From an uncultured Gammaproteobacteria bacterium (GTDB lineage Bacteria; Patescibacteriota; Microgenomatia; UBA1406; HO2-37-13b), in assembly GCA_965230965.1 (NCBI GenBank), contig OZ246401.1:666937-730936 (forward strand): 64,000 nt of DNA. Reading direction: 5' to 3'. Each line of letters starts with the position of its first letter. The stretch's first letter is position 1. This document shows, one piece after another, positions 36,301 through 45,600 of the stretch. The notes beneath the pieces are model-generated. The model was not told where the DNA came from, ran no database searches, and worked only from the letters and a program-made list of their open reading frames with translations. The position numbers were made by a program, and so were the translations under genes.

Positions 36301-36974
36301 GGTGTTTCGCTCGGGCCGGGTGTTTCACTTGGTTCGGTAGGGTCTGTCGTTGGCCCGGTACCTGGCTCCAATGTTGGAGTGGGGCTCTCGGTAGGGCCAC
36401 ATACATCTTTGATTTGGTCAAGAGCAATCTTTGCAAATGGGGTTCCTGAGAACCATGTTCCTCTGTAATGTAGATATACTTCTGGACAATAACTTGCACT
36501 TAGTCGGCGTGGTGTTGTTGCAATGACAGAGAAGCGATGTGGTTGTTTTTGATTTTTATCAAGCATCTTTCCTATACCTGCAGCCCGATCCACATATTCA
36601 CAGCTTGCGGGGAAGCTTCCATTGCCGGCCACATATAGACGGCCACCATCGATATAGCTTCCATCATTTTCACCATCTAGTGCCTTGCCACGATTATCGG
36701 TAGCCCAAAGCGTCCATTCTTCTTTTCCTCCGCTTTGAAGATGGCGTGAGTAACAAATCTGACCGCTGATTTCTACATGAGTATCATCAATGCGACGTAC
36801 ATCAAGAGTATTTTCTTGCAACATGACACCTGTTGAGTTTAGGGCTGCCTGTGAAGAGGTGCCAAGATTGTTTTGAGTAATACCTATGACTGTTGCAGCA
36901 AGTGCAATAACGCTGATACCAGCAACAAGCATACCTGCAATTGAGCCTCGATTATTGAGTTTCATTGACATCAA
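33393..36974 (-). CDS. giant secreted surface protein (FN3-like module, Gly-rich spacers, Cys-rich CC-motif repeats) with a C-terminal dockerin-like module
   Basis: Signal/TM anchor, PT linker, FN3-like PRNFRIKEIKERTANLEWDV...YTAYLYSF, GGEGPGGGGNPGNPGNPGGGNPGGGGQG, repeated ...CC motifs, and C-terminal DINQDGVINTIDLQYLYDEYG / DVNQDGAVNALDLSIFMNSFG. Confidence 0.75.
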   Translation of the reverse strand: MMSMKLNNRGSIAGMLVAGISVIALAATVIGITQNNLGTSSQAALNSTGVMLQENTLDVRRIDDTHVEISGQICYSRHLQSGGKEEWTLWATDNRGKALDGENDGSYIDGGRLYVAGNGSFPASCEYVDRAAGIGKMLDKNQKQPHRFSVIATTPRRLSASYCPEVYLHYRGTWFSGTPFAKIALDQIKDVCGPTESPTPTLEPGTGPTTDPTEPSETPGPSETPAPSDAPVTPTLTPTPTPDGTISGRVSVFACKKPSRVAVDFCTGETCDELNGGKVVALPFTPGPSDHGIWLDDTNDDGTWMYKYRISTDENNKLLDPSKTYFLSRAAGFFDNDATYFDSEREQGEKLRVKPGDKRDFEVYANRTCGCAFDAVSYVKDTSGNILTALDNKPGIYGTVNNKQLFDRGDKPIETLTFNNLGSNPGRVDFHLTDLGDFRETKTWGRDALAAVKLYADDYRVVKQECTSKNSSVPACPGYTDTWSETDMSKLRNPKIFENLRIACNANLEYGWVLEKIPPTPTPQPPAAEPPVGGAPIGSVSCALRDDNNVSATQNEGCKPRNFRIKEIKERTANLEWDVAGNCPAFKRGSDRYWIIVKDKETGEIVASRRGMKDEDTGVKTNDRNPGEAPHQVNVVRRDYYDEGHEYTAYLYSFLDKDGACMSNPVSLDFTGVARDDSDDPEEPKEPGDPGSGGGVCPQWCAPESFCRSRGYVPKTPPSDQPCSGTDLWCCPPGTEPPGGEGPGGGGNPGNPGNPGGGNPGGGGQGVCPANSYGQEGRVGESFIKVSSESDRGVCQSVWPGSNGPVNASDGGYCCSFGTSGGPGGGTGGGGNGQTDPYECTVGTYGPFPASANKCVRANGFMSYNHPLDKNTGKRDGSRHCCGVHTADIGSCSAQDGLRGVGINRDQAVPGNKDEATARCTGTYGSNLVEVVKSPNSKIGTSGFCCKIKGNIGTCDNEKKEYGINGRSPAFPSKGEAEKQCREMGVDNCSAQKSRTGTGYCSKIQQPEPTKVVQPKYRVTIKYKIEAFRLTAFTLKPVLSGPVPFLFTGSEFTLGSLHGTNTYEHNVLYNDVPKGKHSVQCSVVFDGSNTKLCTPAEINVTGDTCYIYNISVRSGVIDKSSLGSLCPSNGARPIQPVSIDLDINQDGVINTIDLQYLYDEYGAEGASTTDVNQDGAVNALDLSIFMNSFGTEL

Positions 36975-38682
36975 CGCCTTGCAAACTTGTAACGAGAGAT
37001 AAATCTAATGCATCTACTGACTTGTCTTTATTAATATCACATGTCAGTTTGTCAGATTTCTGACCCCATTCATCAATACAGGCAACAAGGTCGGCTGTGT
37101 TAATAAAACCATCATTGTTTATGTCGACATCTTCAGGTTTTGCAACGCGCATGACTTCAGCATTTGAGCCTGTTGCATTTTTACGAATATACCAATCATA
37201 AGAAACATCAACACCACATGCAACGCGGAAACCAAGGAAATTGGGTTCATCAACGAGTGTTGATTCATTTTCGAGGGTACCTCCAGGACACGCATGGACT
37301 TGACTTTGTGGAGTTGTCTGGCAGCGCTGCTTTACAACGCTATAGCCTGGCGCATAGAGACGAACATGTGCCATGCCATCTATACCGTATGGCGTCCATG
37401 GACCAACTTTATTGCTGTAACTTATATCGTGAAGACTTTCGAGCACGTCGAGCACCCCATTAGTAAATGGACTTACTGGTTTGTCGCCGCGAGTAATTAT
37501 CTGCATGTCATTTGCACTGCCATAGGTAAGATCTTTACCGGGAACGAGTGCCTCATCAAGAGCAGTTGTTATTTCACCAGTATCTGCATCACGCACATGT
37601 GCTCGAGCGTGGAATACGCACGCGCATGTTTGGGCTGCTGCATTGACGGTTAAATCGCGCGAGCCTGGGACAGACACTTCTTTTTTATCTTCCTTTGTCG
37701 ATGCGAATGCCTCGATTGTTGTATCCTTGAAGCGTTTTATGCGAGCATTCGCGTTATAGATGGCATACGTCTTACTCTTGTCTAAGGCATTTCCAGCCTT
37801 ATCTTTTATGATGCGATACTTATATATGAATGTGCGCTCATTGGTATCGTCGTCGAGCCAGACTGACTGATCTTGCTCAGACGGTGCAAGACTGATATCT
37901 GCACAGCTTGTTCCGCTAGGATCATCGCAATAACTCAAGGTGACATTTTCAGGTTGGGCACATGAGAAAACTGTTATGCGACCTTCGATTGCATCAGGTG
38001 TAGGAGTTGGCGTTGCAGTTAGGATAGGTGTAGATGTGGGCGCTGCTGGGGTTGTGGTAGCGCGTGGTCGAAATGGAATACGAGTTGGTGCAGGCTTATT
38101 TGGTGTTGGTGTATTGCCACCGCCACCTGGTGCTGTTGTTACAGTTGGGTCAGGGTCTTTGATCACGCCATCGGGACACAAAAAGCTTCGTTCAATATAT
38201 GCCACATCCTCTTGTGGAATAGGGCGCCAAGGGCCTTTTGTAGTAACCTTTACTTTAATACGTGGGCAACTTTCAACCCAGCGCTCCTGAGGAGGCACGT
38301 TGAAAGGTGCGTTTGCTACAAGTCGTCGTAATCTTCCTGAGCCACAGCGCGCCGTGGAGGGTGTTGTAATGAGTTGATTAACTGATGCGCCAATGACTTC
38401 TTCTTTCTTAATCGCTGGATTTACTTTGTCTTTAAGTTCCATGGTAAGCTGAACGGATGCACTTCCGGCTGCTGAAGGAGGAGAGGCGGTAAAACAGAAA
38501 TCAGAATTTAAAATATAGTCCCACTGTTTTGATGGATTTATGGCAGAAATATTAAATCCAATGTCCGGATTTCTGATGTAAGTTACTTCTGGCTTGGACT
38601 GTCCGTAAGCCACAGAACCTAAACTTAGGAGACTAATAAAAAGTGTCAATATAAAAATATGAGCAGTCTTTACGACGTACAT
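36952..38682 (-). CDS. secreted surface protein with a C-terminal dockerin-like module
   Basis: Signal peptide, PT linker TTTPAAPTSTPILTATPTPTPD, and C-terminal DINNDGFINTADLVACIDEWG / CDINKDKSVDALDLSLVTSLQG. Shares modules with 30633..32756 and 33393..36974. Confidence 0.75.
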   Translation of the reverse strand: MYVVKTAHIFILTLFISLLSLGSVAYGQSKPEVTYIRNPDIGFNISAINPSKQWDYILNSDFCFTASPPSAAGSASVQLTMELKDKVNPAIKKEEVIGASVNQLITTPSTARCGSGRLRRLVANAPFNVPPQERWVESCPRIKVKVTTKGPWRPIPQEDVAYIERSFLCPDGVIKDPDPTVTTAPGGGGNTPTPNKPAPTRIPFRPRATTTPAAPTSTPILTATPTPTPDAIEGRITVFSCAQPENVTLSYCDDPSGTSCADISLAPSEQDQSVWLDDDTNERTFIYKYRIIKDKAGNALDKSKTYAIYNANARIKRFKDTTIEAFASTKEDKKEVSVPGSRDLTVNAAAQTCACVFHARAHVRDADTGEITTALDEALVPGKDLTYGSANDMQIITRGDKPVSPFTNGVLDVLESLHDISYSNKVGPWTPYGIDGMAHVRLYAPGYSVVKQRCQTTPQSQVHACPGGTLENESTLVDEPNFLGFRVACGVDVSYDWYIRKNATGSNAEVMRVAKPEDVDINNDGFINTADLVACIDEWGQKSDKLTCDINKDKSVDALDLSLVTSLQGVDVNETQ

Positions 38683-38688
38683 ACGATC

Positions 38689-38717
38689 ATTCTAGTTAAG
38701 AATAGAGGAGATTACAA
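38689..38717 (-). promoter_or_regulatory. internal promoter TTGTAA-17-TAGAAT, with the -10 box 6 nt upstream of the ATG at 38682
   Basis: Minus strand reads cTTGTAAtctcctctattcttaacTAGAATgatcgtATG. The -35 box overlaps the stop of the upstream gene. Confidence 0.45.
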
Positions 38718-39506
38718 GAGAGAAATCTGACTGGTGAGCAAGGTGTAATCGAGCGCATTTACTTTATTGTCATTATTTAGGTCGCCCATAAGCCCCGGAC
38801 CTTGTTCGCCATACGTATCTAAGACGATAAATAGATCAAATGTATTGCAGGCGTTGTCATGATTGAGATCACATGTAGTTGTCAACGCCGAATCTGTACG
38901 TGCGGCTGGGTCGGCTTGTTTGCCAGCTCGTCTTTCAACGACCCAGCCTGCCTTTAATGTCATATTACAATCCATTGATATATTTTTTACTGTGTCCAAA
39001 TCAATAGTCTCAGTCACATCATCTTGAAGCGTTGCATTATTGCAGAGGTGTGGGTGGGTGGGTGAGGAGCATGTGTTAATTTCCTGCTTCACTATAGCAA
39101 ATAGATCGCTTTGGTAATTTAATTTTAACGATGTGCTTTCACCCTTTCGATACACATCAATACTTCTTGGTAAAGAACTAAATGTAAGTGCATCAGCAGT
39201 ATGTAAGTATTCCATACGCGGCAATTCATTAAAATACAAAGGCTGCGCATTTGGTCTCACGCCATCAATGACGTTCCACGCTAGGATGTTAATATCTGGA
39301 TATTTTTCAATTGAAAGTGGAATTTCTTGGCCGACCTCATCCTTTTCATATACATATATTTCAGCATTGATAGGGCAATACACAGGTTTGTATTCTTGTG
39401 CACTTGAAAAAAGAGCAAAGGGGCGATCGGTTTGTAGGGTAAGTACGCCGATGATAATCCCAAAGGTGAGAAAAAGAATACTCGAAACAAACGTTATTGC
39501 CTTCAT
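38712..39506 (-). CDS. secreted protein with a C-terminal dockerin-like module
   Basis: Signal/TM anchor. C-terminal CDLNHDNACNTFDLFIVLDTYG / DLNNDNKVNALDYTLLTSQ. Confidence 0.7.
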   Translation of the reverse strand: MKAITFVSSILFLTFGIIIGVLTLQTDRPFALFSSAQEYKPVYCPINAEIYVYEKDEVGQEIPLSIEKYPDINILAWNVIDGVRPNAQPLYFNELPRMEYLHTADALTFSSLPRSIDVYRKGESTSLKLNYQSDLFAIVKQEINTCSSPTHPHLCNNATLQDDVTETIDLDTVKNISMDCNMTLKAGWVVERRAGKQADPAARTDSALTTTCDLNHDNACNTFDLFIVLDTYGEQGPGLMGDLNNDNKVNALDYTLLTSQISLL

Positions 39507-42055
39507 TGTGATTCAAGCTCTGGACTCACTACTGTACCCAGATCACCAATCATGAGGGAGACATCGAGCGAGTTGATGACACCATCGTCATTAAGATCTC
39601 CAGGAAGTTCTGTGCCTTGCTGGAAGTAAGCGTCATAGAGATTGAAGAGGTCGACAGTATTAATAATGCCATCGTCATTCATATCTTTTGCCCGCATAAA
39701 CGCTGTGTGCAATGCTTCTGTTTGAGCACAAGAGTTAAGACTTTGTTGGACACGGCCGAAGATCTCGCTTATTGACACATTTGCTGCGGTAGAGAATGCC
39801 CATGTGTCATCTGAGGCGACGACTTTAATAACTCTGAGAAGTTCGGCATTTACAAGTTCACCTGGAACAGGGTTGTTTGCGGCATTAGGATCACCATAGC
39901 CGATACCAATGACTGTTGGTGGTACGTTGCCTGTTGCAGCAGTATTCATCGCTTTGAGCTTATCAGCCTCAGTCTTGATTTCAGCCTCGTAGCCCCCAGC
40001 TCGTGGATTGCCTGGGTCACTGTTTGGAAGACCATCGGATAAGAATACAACAACCACTCTTCGAGATTTATCTGTACGGAAGTTGGTGAGAAGATTCATG
40101 GTTTCACGAAGTCCACATTCAATACAAGTCCCTTCTTCGTATGTAAGACTGTTTGTTGCATCATTCTTTACGGTATCTATATTGTTAGTGAGTGGGGTAA
40201 CAATACGTGTATTTCTACGGCTACTAAACTGGATGAGCGCAGCTCGATGATCGCCACCACTATTTTTGATATTTGTAAGGAAGTCTTGAAGTTCTTTCAT
40301 TGCGGCATCCTTCTTAAGTTCGCCACCACGATCGCGTGTTTTGATCATTGACGTTGATGTATCCATGACGAATATGTAGTCAAAGTCTGCATTACATTTT
40401 TGAACAGTCCAACCGTAAACAATATTTTGGCCACATCCGACGGTAAGGCCTGTGACTGTATCGCGAGGATCGCGCTTGGTCAGATCAACACTATTGTCAA
40501 TTCTATTTGCCTGGAATGCTGGAAGATTACATGCTCCAACAGTGTTTCCCTTTATATTGTTTTTACAAAACTTGATTTCATTACCTTCAGGCACAATGCG
40601 ATAATCTGGTCGTTTAAGTGTAAGGCGTATTGATGCGTCCTCCATATTTGCGTAGCGCTCATTTGGATAGGTGAAAGTGGGTGGTATAAACATCCCGTTA
40701 CCCGATGCAACTGGATTCACTCCAGCTGGAACAGGCTGCGTGAGATCTGCTCTGAAGTATGAGAGTTGTGAGCCGAGTATGCCGCCACCGTAATAAGGAT
40801 AGTTTTTAATAATGTCGGCGGCCTCAATTGGATTACCAGTGAATAGATTAAAGCGAGAAGCTGGTCCTTGACCATAACGACCACCAGCGAGTTGCTTATT
40901 ATTTATAGTGCCAAAGTTTGTAAGCTCAGCCGTCGAAAGAGCACGAGCCATAAAATTACCTCTCGCGTCACGTACGCATTGTCCCTGAGCATTAAATTGT
41001 GTACATTCTTGCACATAAACAAGTGCGCTAAAGCTGCATGATGTTGCAGTAATTGGCGTTGGTGTTACGCTTGGCGTGCCAGACAGCGGTGTACTTGGCG
41101 TCGCTGTCGGTGGGCATGTTGGGCCTCCACACGATGGCGTCGGAGTAATGCTCGGTGGTGGGCAAGTTGGGCCTCCACACGATGGTGTTGGTGTAGGTGA
41201 TTTCAATATAATCGTCACAAATATATTTGTAGGTGTTGGACTTTTTGTAGGTGTGGGGGTTGGTGACTTTACTACTATAGTTATAAGCCAATTTGTAGGC
41301 GTAGGTGTTACGGATGGTGTGCCTGATAAAGGTCCTGTCGGCGTTACGCTAGGTGTGCCCGAGAGCGAACCTGTTGGCGTAACTGTTGTTTCAGGGCCAC
41401 AGCCCTTTTTGCCTTTAGCAATTTGTGAATAACGTCGAGTGACACCAGCTGTTTTTGCATCAAATTCAAAATAGAATAACGCGTCTTCACCACCTGTTAA
41501 CCAGCTTGGACGATCATACACAAAGTATTTATGATCGCTTGGTCCTTGACGAACACTCAAGAGAATTTGACCTTTTTTAATATCATACCCTGTTGCTTTG
41601 CGTATATTTGCTTTTTGAGCATCGGTATAATCGATGCGTGGATCCCAGTTAACCGAAATGCCATATGCACGATTACTACACGCGCCAGTAATGGATTTGC
41701 CGATTGGTGTGCCATTTGGATTTCCACGACCGGTAACATCAACACCTAAATCAAGTTTTTGTGAGCCATCTAAAGAGCGAATCTCAAGTTTCTGTATGAG
41801 AGGGTCTGAATTACAGGTAAATTCAGCTGCACATATCATTCCTTGTGAACCATCAAACCATCGACCACCGGTATAACCAAGATCAATAGGTGTGGGGGCA
41901 TCAACAGCGAATGGGGTAGTAGATATGGGTCGTGATGCTTGATTAATCTGTGTTCCTATAACGATGCCTGCTGTAATAACCAGCATCGATACAATAGTTA
42001 ATAACGAGGCGACTTCACCTCGTTGGTGTCGATTTTTTCTCTTAAATATGTTCAT
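39503..42055 (-). CDS. vWA-domain surface protein with a TadE/G-like N-terminal hydrophobic segment and a C-terminal dockerin-like module
   Basis: N-terminus KRKNRHQRGEVASLLTIVSMLVITAGIVIG. vWA MIDAS DYIFVMDTSTSM ... GTCIECGL ... VVVFLSDGLPN. Repetitive PT/Cys linker. C-terminal DMNDDGIINTVDLFNLYDAYF / DLNDDGVINSLDVSLMIGDLG. Confidence 0.8.
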   Translation of the reverse strand: MNIFKRKNRHQRGEVASLLTIVSMLVITAGIVIGTQINQASRPISTTPFAVDAPTPIDLGYTGGRWFDGSQGMICAAEFTCNSDPLIQKLEIRSLDGSQKLDLGVDVTGRGNPNGTPIGKSITGACSNRAYGISVNWDPRIDYTDAQKANIRKATGYDIKKGQILLSVRQGPSDHKYFVYDRPSWLTGGEDALFYFEFDAKTAGVTRRYSQIAKGKKGCGPETTVTPTGSLSGTPSVTPTGPLSGTPSVTPTPTNWLITIVVKSPTPTPTKSPTPTNIFVTIILKSPTPTPSCGGPTCPPPSITPTPSCGGPTCPPTATPSTPLSGTPSVTPTPITATSCSFSALVYVQECTQFNAQGQCVRDARGNFMARALSTAELTNFGTINNKQLAGGRYGQGPASRFNLFTGNPIEAADIIKNYPYYGGGILGSQLSYFRADLTQPVPAGVNPVASGNGMFIPPTFTYPNERYANMEDASIRLTLKRPDYRIVPEGNEIKFCKNNIKGNTVGACNLPAFQANRIDNSVDLTKRDPRDTVTGLTVGCGQNIVYGWTVQKCNADFDYIFVMDTSTSMIKTRDRGGELKKDAAMKELQDFLTNIKNSGGDHRAALIQFSSRRNTRIVTPLTNNIDTVKNDATNSLTYEEGTCIECGLRETMNLLTNFRTDKSRRVVVVFLSDGLPNSDPGNPRAGGYEAEIKTEADKLKAMNTAATGNVPPTVIGIGYGDPNAANNPVPGELVNAELLRVIKVVASDDTWAFSTAANVSISEIFGRVQQSLNSCAQTEALHTAFMRAKDMNDDGIINTVDLFNLYDAYFQQGTELPGDLNDDGVINSLDVSLMIGDLGTVVSPELESQ

Positions 42056-42076
42056 TTGTCTTTAATCCTTTATATA

Positions 42077-42622
42077 TTATCGAACGGTAATAGTAACTGG
42101 TTCAGCTGTACCAAGTGTATTGGTGCCAGTATGAGCAGTAATAGTTAGATCTTTATTAAAATCTATTGTAGCCGTTCCAGAATCCATTGCGGTTACGGTA
42201 AAGGTGAAAAGAGTGCCTGCTTTTAGATCTGTTGGATTATTGGGATCCACAGCAGAGGAGACGATAAGCTGATTATCTTTTATTTCACTACGTAGAATGT
42301 CAGGAAACACGGTGCCATTGACAATGTCTGAGGCCTTCAGAAGCTTTGCATCAAATGTCAAAACAACGTCAGCTGCTTGTGAAGGGGCACCTGTGAGTTC
42401 AACAGCAACTTGCGTACTTTCACCCTTGTTCAAACTTGTGACTTGAGGCTTTAATACAAGCTGTGTGGTACCTAATTGATTCTCTGTTTTGGAACCAGTC
42501 ATTCCAGATTTGCCTTTTTGGGCAAAGAGAAGCCCCATAATCAAACTAACAGCAAAGACAAAAAAGATGATGCCGATAAGTGCAATATTTTTATTAGGTT
42601 GAAGGGTTTTAGATTGATCCAT
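42077..42622 (-). CDS. membrane-anchored cohesin-like domain protein
   Basis: TM helix [21 protein letters not shown], then [77 protein letters not shown] at 42622 (MDQ...) preferred because the ATG at 42631 lies inside the -10 box and the paralogue starts MDN. Confidence 0.65.
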   Translation of the reverse strand: MDQSKTLQPNKNIALIGIIFFVFAVSLIMGLLFAQKGKSGMTGSKTENQLGTTQLVLKPQVTSLNKGESTQVAVELTGAPSQAADVVLTFDAKLLKASDIVNGTVFPDILRSEIKDNQLIVSSAVDPNNPTDLKAGTLFTFTVTAMDSGTATIDFNKDLTITAHTGTNTLGTAEPVTITVR

Positions 42623-42629
42623 GAGAATC

Positions 42630-42659
42630 ATTGTACGGGTTATAAAAGTTGTTTGTCAA
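42630..42659 (-). promoter_or_regulatory. promoter TTGACA-18-TACAAT, with the -10 box 7 nt upstream of the ATG at 42622
   Basis: Minus strand reads cTTGACAaacaacttttataacccgTACAATgattctcATG. Confidence 0.5.
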
Positions 42660-42673
42660 GAGAAAATAAGAGG

Positions 42674-45600
42674 TTAATTGAAGACATCACCAATTACTTT
42701 TTGAGCAGTGTTATTTTCTTGTGGGACTACTTTGCCCATACTGTTGACGATGATTGATACGTCGAGTGAGTTGACGATTTGATCATTGTTCAAATCTTCT
42801 GGAACATCTTGACCTCGTGCAAAGTAATTATCGTAGATAAGGAAGAGGTCAATTGTATTAATAACACCGTCACCATTAATATCTTGTGAGCTGACGAAGT
42901 TTGCATACAAGGCATCCGAGCGAGCACAAGAGTTCAGGCTGACTTCAATGCTATTGTAAATTTCCTCAATACTGACCTCACTTGTTGTAGAGAAGGCGAG
43001 GTCGGGCGTGCTCGTGAAATGCTGAATAACACGAAGTATCTCGGCATCAGCATTCACGCCTGTTTTTGTTGGATCGCCAACGCCTATGCCATACACTGTT
43101 GTATTAGGTATGGCTTTTATTTCTGTTCCAAGTTTTATGATTACATCTTCAGAGCCTGGATTTGGATTTCCTTCAGGACAATTTGGCATACCGTCTGTTA
43201 AGAATACGACATGTGTTTTTCTCGCTGTACCATTTCTTTTCAATAAAGAGATGGTTTCACGCAAACCGTCTTCAATACAGGTGCCTGATTGATAGCGAAG
43301 CTTTGTATCAACAGCTCCGAGGACAGAATCAATATTGGTAGTAAGATCTTGTACTGTTGCTGTATTTGCTGTTGAACTAAATTGTACTAATGCTGCGCGG
43401 CTATCTTTTCCGTAAGTCTTGATGTTTGTTAAGAAGGTGCGCAATGCCTTCTTTGCTGCATCGATTTTCAGTTGTCCTGATGCATCTTTTCCTGTTGTCA
43501 TCGAGGACGAAGTATCAATGACAAATATATAATCGGCTGGCGCGGTATTACATTTCTGCAATGTCCAGCCGTAGACAATATTCTGACCGCATCCAACAGT
43601 TAGGCCATCGATGGTATCCCGTGGATCTCGTGAGGCAGGGTCAACAGTGTTATCAAAGCGTGAAGATTGGAATGATGCAAGATTACAAGCGCCTATCGCT
43701 GTACCCATAAGCGCATTATTACAGTAGGCAATTTCATTTCCATCTGGAACGACTCTATATTCTTTATTGCCAAAGTTAGCATACAGGCGTACACTTGCAT
43801 TTTCACGATTAAAGTATTGTTCGTTTGGATATTGATGCACAGGTGCAATAAGAATTGGATTCTTAGCACGTCCTTCTGGTGTTAAGTCGGCTGCTGAGCC
43901 TGGCTCTAAAGGATTTTTCCCTGCTGGGATAGGCACACTTGCCTGATAATCTAAGAATGACATTTCACTAAATTGGAGCGTACTAAGATAAGGGAAGCGT
44001 ACTTTAAGACCATCAAAAGCCCCTACAAAAGTATTAGTTTGATACTGGAATGGTGTTGCTGGGTTTGTACCATAGCGACCACCAGCAATCTGCTTATTGT
44101 TACTTGCGCCCCAACCATTAAGCACGTTTGCTTGAATAGCTTTTGCCTGAAAGCGGCCGTTCCCAGCACGCTTACATTGTCCAGTTGCATCAATCTCTAA
44201 ACACTCTTGGACATAGGCAAGTGCATCGAAGCTACATGCTTGTGGTGTACCAGTTGTCGTTGTTATCGTAGGTGGTGGGGGGGTTACTGTTTTTGCTGGT
44301 GTTATTGAGACTAATGGATTCGTTGGTGTTGGAGAAACCTTCACATTTGGACATGCAAGATCTGGACTTTCACAAGAACCTGGGTTTGCCTGACATCGCT
44401 GTGGTAGACATAGACAGTCAACATCACCATTTTGACAGATTGATAATACATTATTAGCCCCATCAGTATTTTTTGCGGTTGTTGGGAAAGTAGGTGGAAG
44501 AATATTGAACCCATCAACATTTAAACATAGCATACGTTTGCCTGTAGCTGGATCAACATCACATTTTGTAATAGGTGTACATCGTTGATAACACTGTGCG
44601 ACTGGTGGTGTTACGGATGGTGTGCCTGACAATGGTCCTGTTGGTGTTGGACTTACTAATGGCGTGACAGTCACAGGTACCGAAGGTGTTGGGCTTCCAC
44701 CTTGACCTGTTGTTGGTGTCGGTGTGACATTTGGGTTACAAAGGTCTTTTGCCTCATCTTCGCCCAATACATCACGTAAATTTATCTTGAATATATTATA
44801 TGTGTCCTTTGGCTTAGCTTTATCACCAGCTGTTATATTGTCGCGGAGGTGGATATAGACTTCACATGCTTCCTCGTCGAATTTTTGGTGGATTGTTGGA
44901 TCCTGCTTTGCTCGCTCAATTGCACTCTTTATACTTGCTTTTGCGGCTTGAATATTAAAGAGAAGAGGATTATCTGTTTTTCTGTAATCTGTTGCGTCAA
45001 CTTTTCCATTGGTAAACGTACAAACCTCATCACGAGCTCTCGCAACAAACAACTCATCAGTATTATTTGAAGCAGCTTTATCTTCTGCAGCTGCGATTTT
45101 ATAACGAAGGACATCGTTGATATCATTTTCTTCAATACCAACCTGACCCTTGTCATCATAAAACTTTCGAACTCCAAAGAGACTGATATAAACCTCGACG
45201 TCTTCTGTTGAGAGTCGACCATTGCCTGCAACTGAGCTTCGGTTAAGACAAAGTCCTCCGTATATTTGTAATGTCCGCTGATCTTTTGCTGTTACAGCGA
45301 CAATAAGTGGGTTTTGTTTTGACTGTTCTGTGCCTTGAAAGATTTGATTAAAAATTTGTTTTGCGCGTGCATCCGCGGTTTTAATGATGTCGCGTGTTAA
45401 AAGAGCAGGGTACATTCGTGTACGACAATACTTATCGCGCACTTGTTGGTTCTTATCACCACCAGGGAAACAAACCTGGTCATGTCTGTCAACACCTTCA
45501 GCTGGAATCGGGGATGTTGTTGTTGGGCCGGCAGCTTGTGGAGCGGGATTAATTGTTGCTGAATTTCTGTTGATCTGATATCCGACGAGAAGGCCAATGG

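Noticed and set aside
41040-41400. Possible CRISPR-like array, because of short direct repeats at about 48-nt spacing.
   Set aside because: The repeats are in-frame codons for Pro/Thr/Cys linker peptides inside a long intact ORF. There are no unique spacers, no leader and no cas genes.
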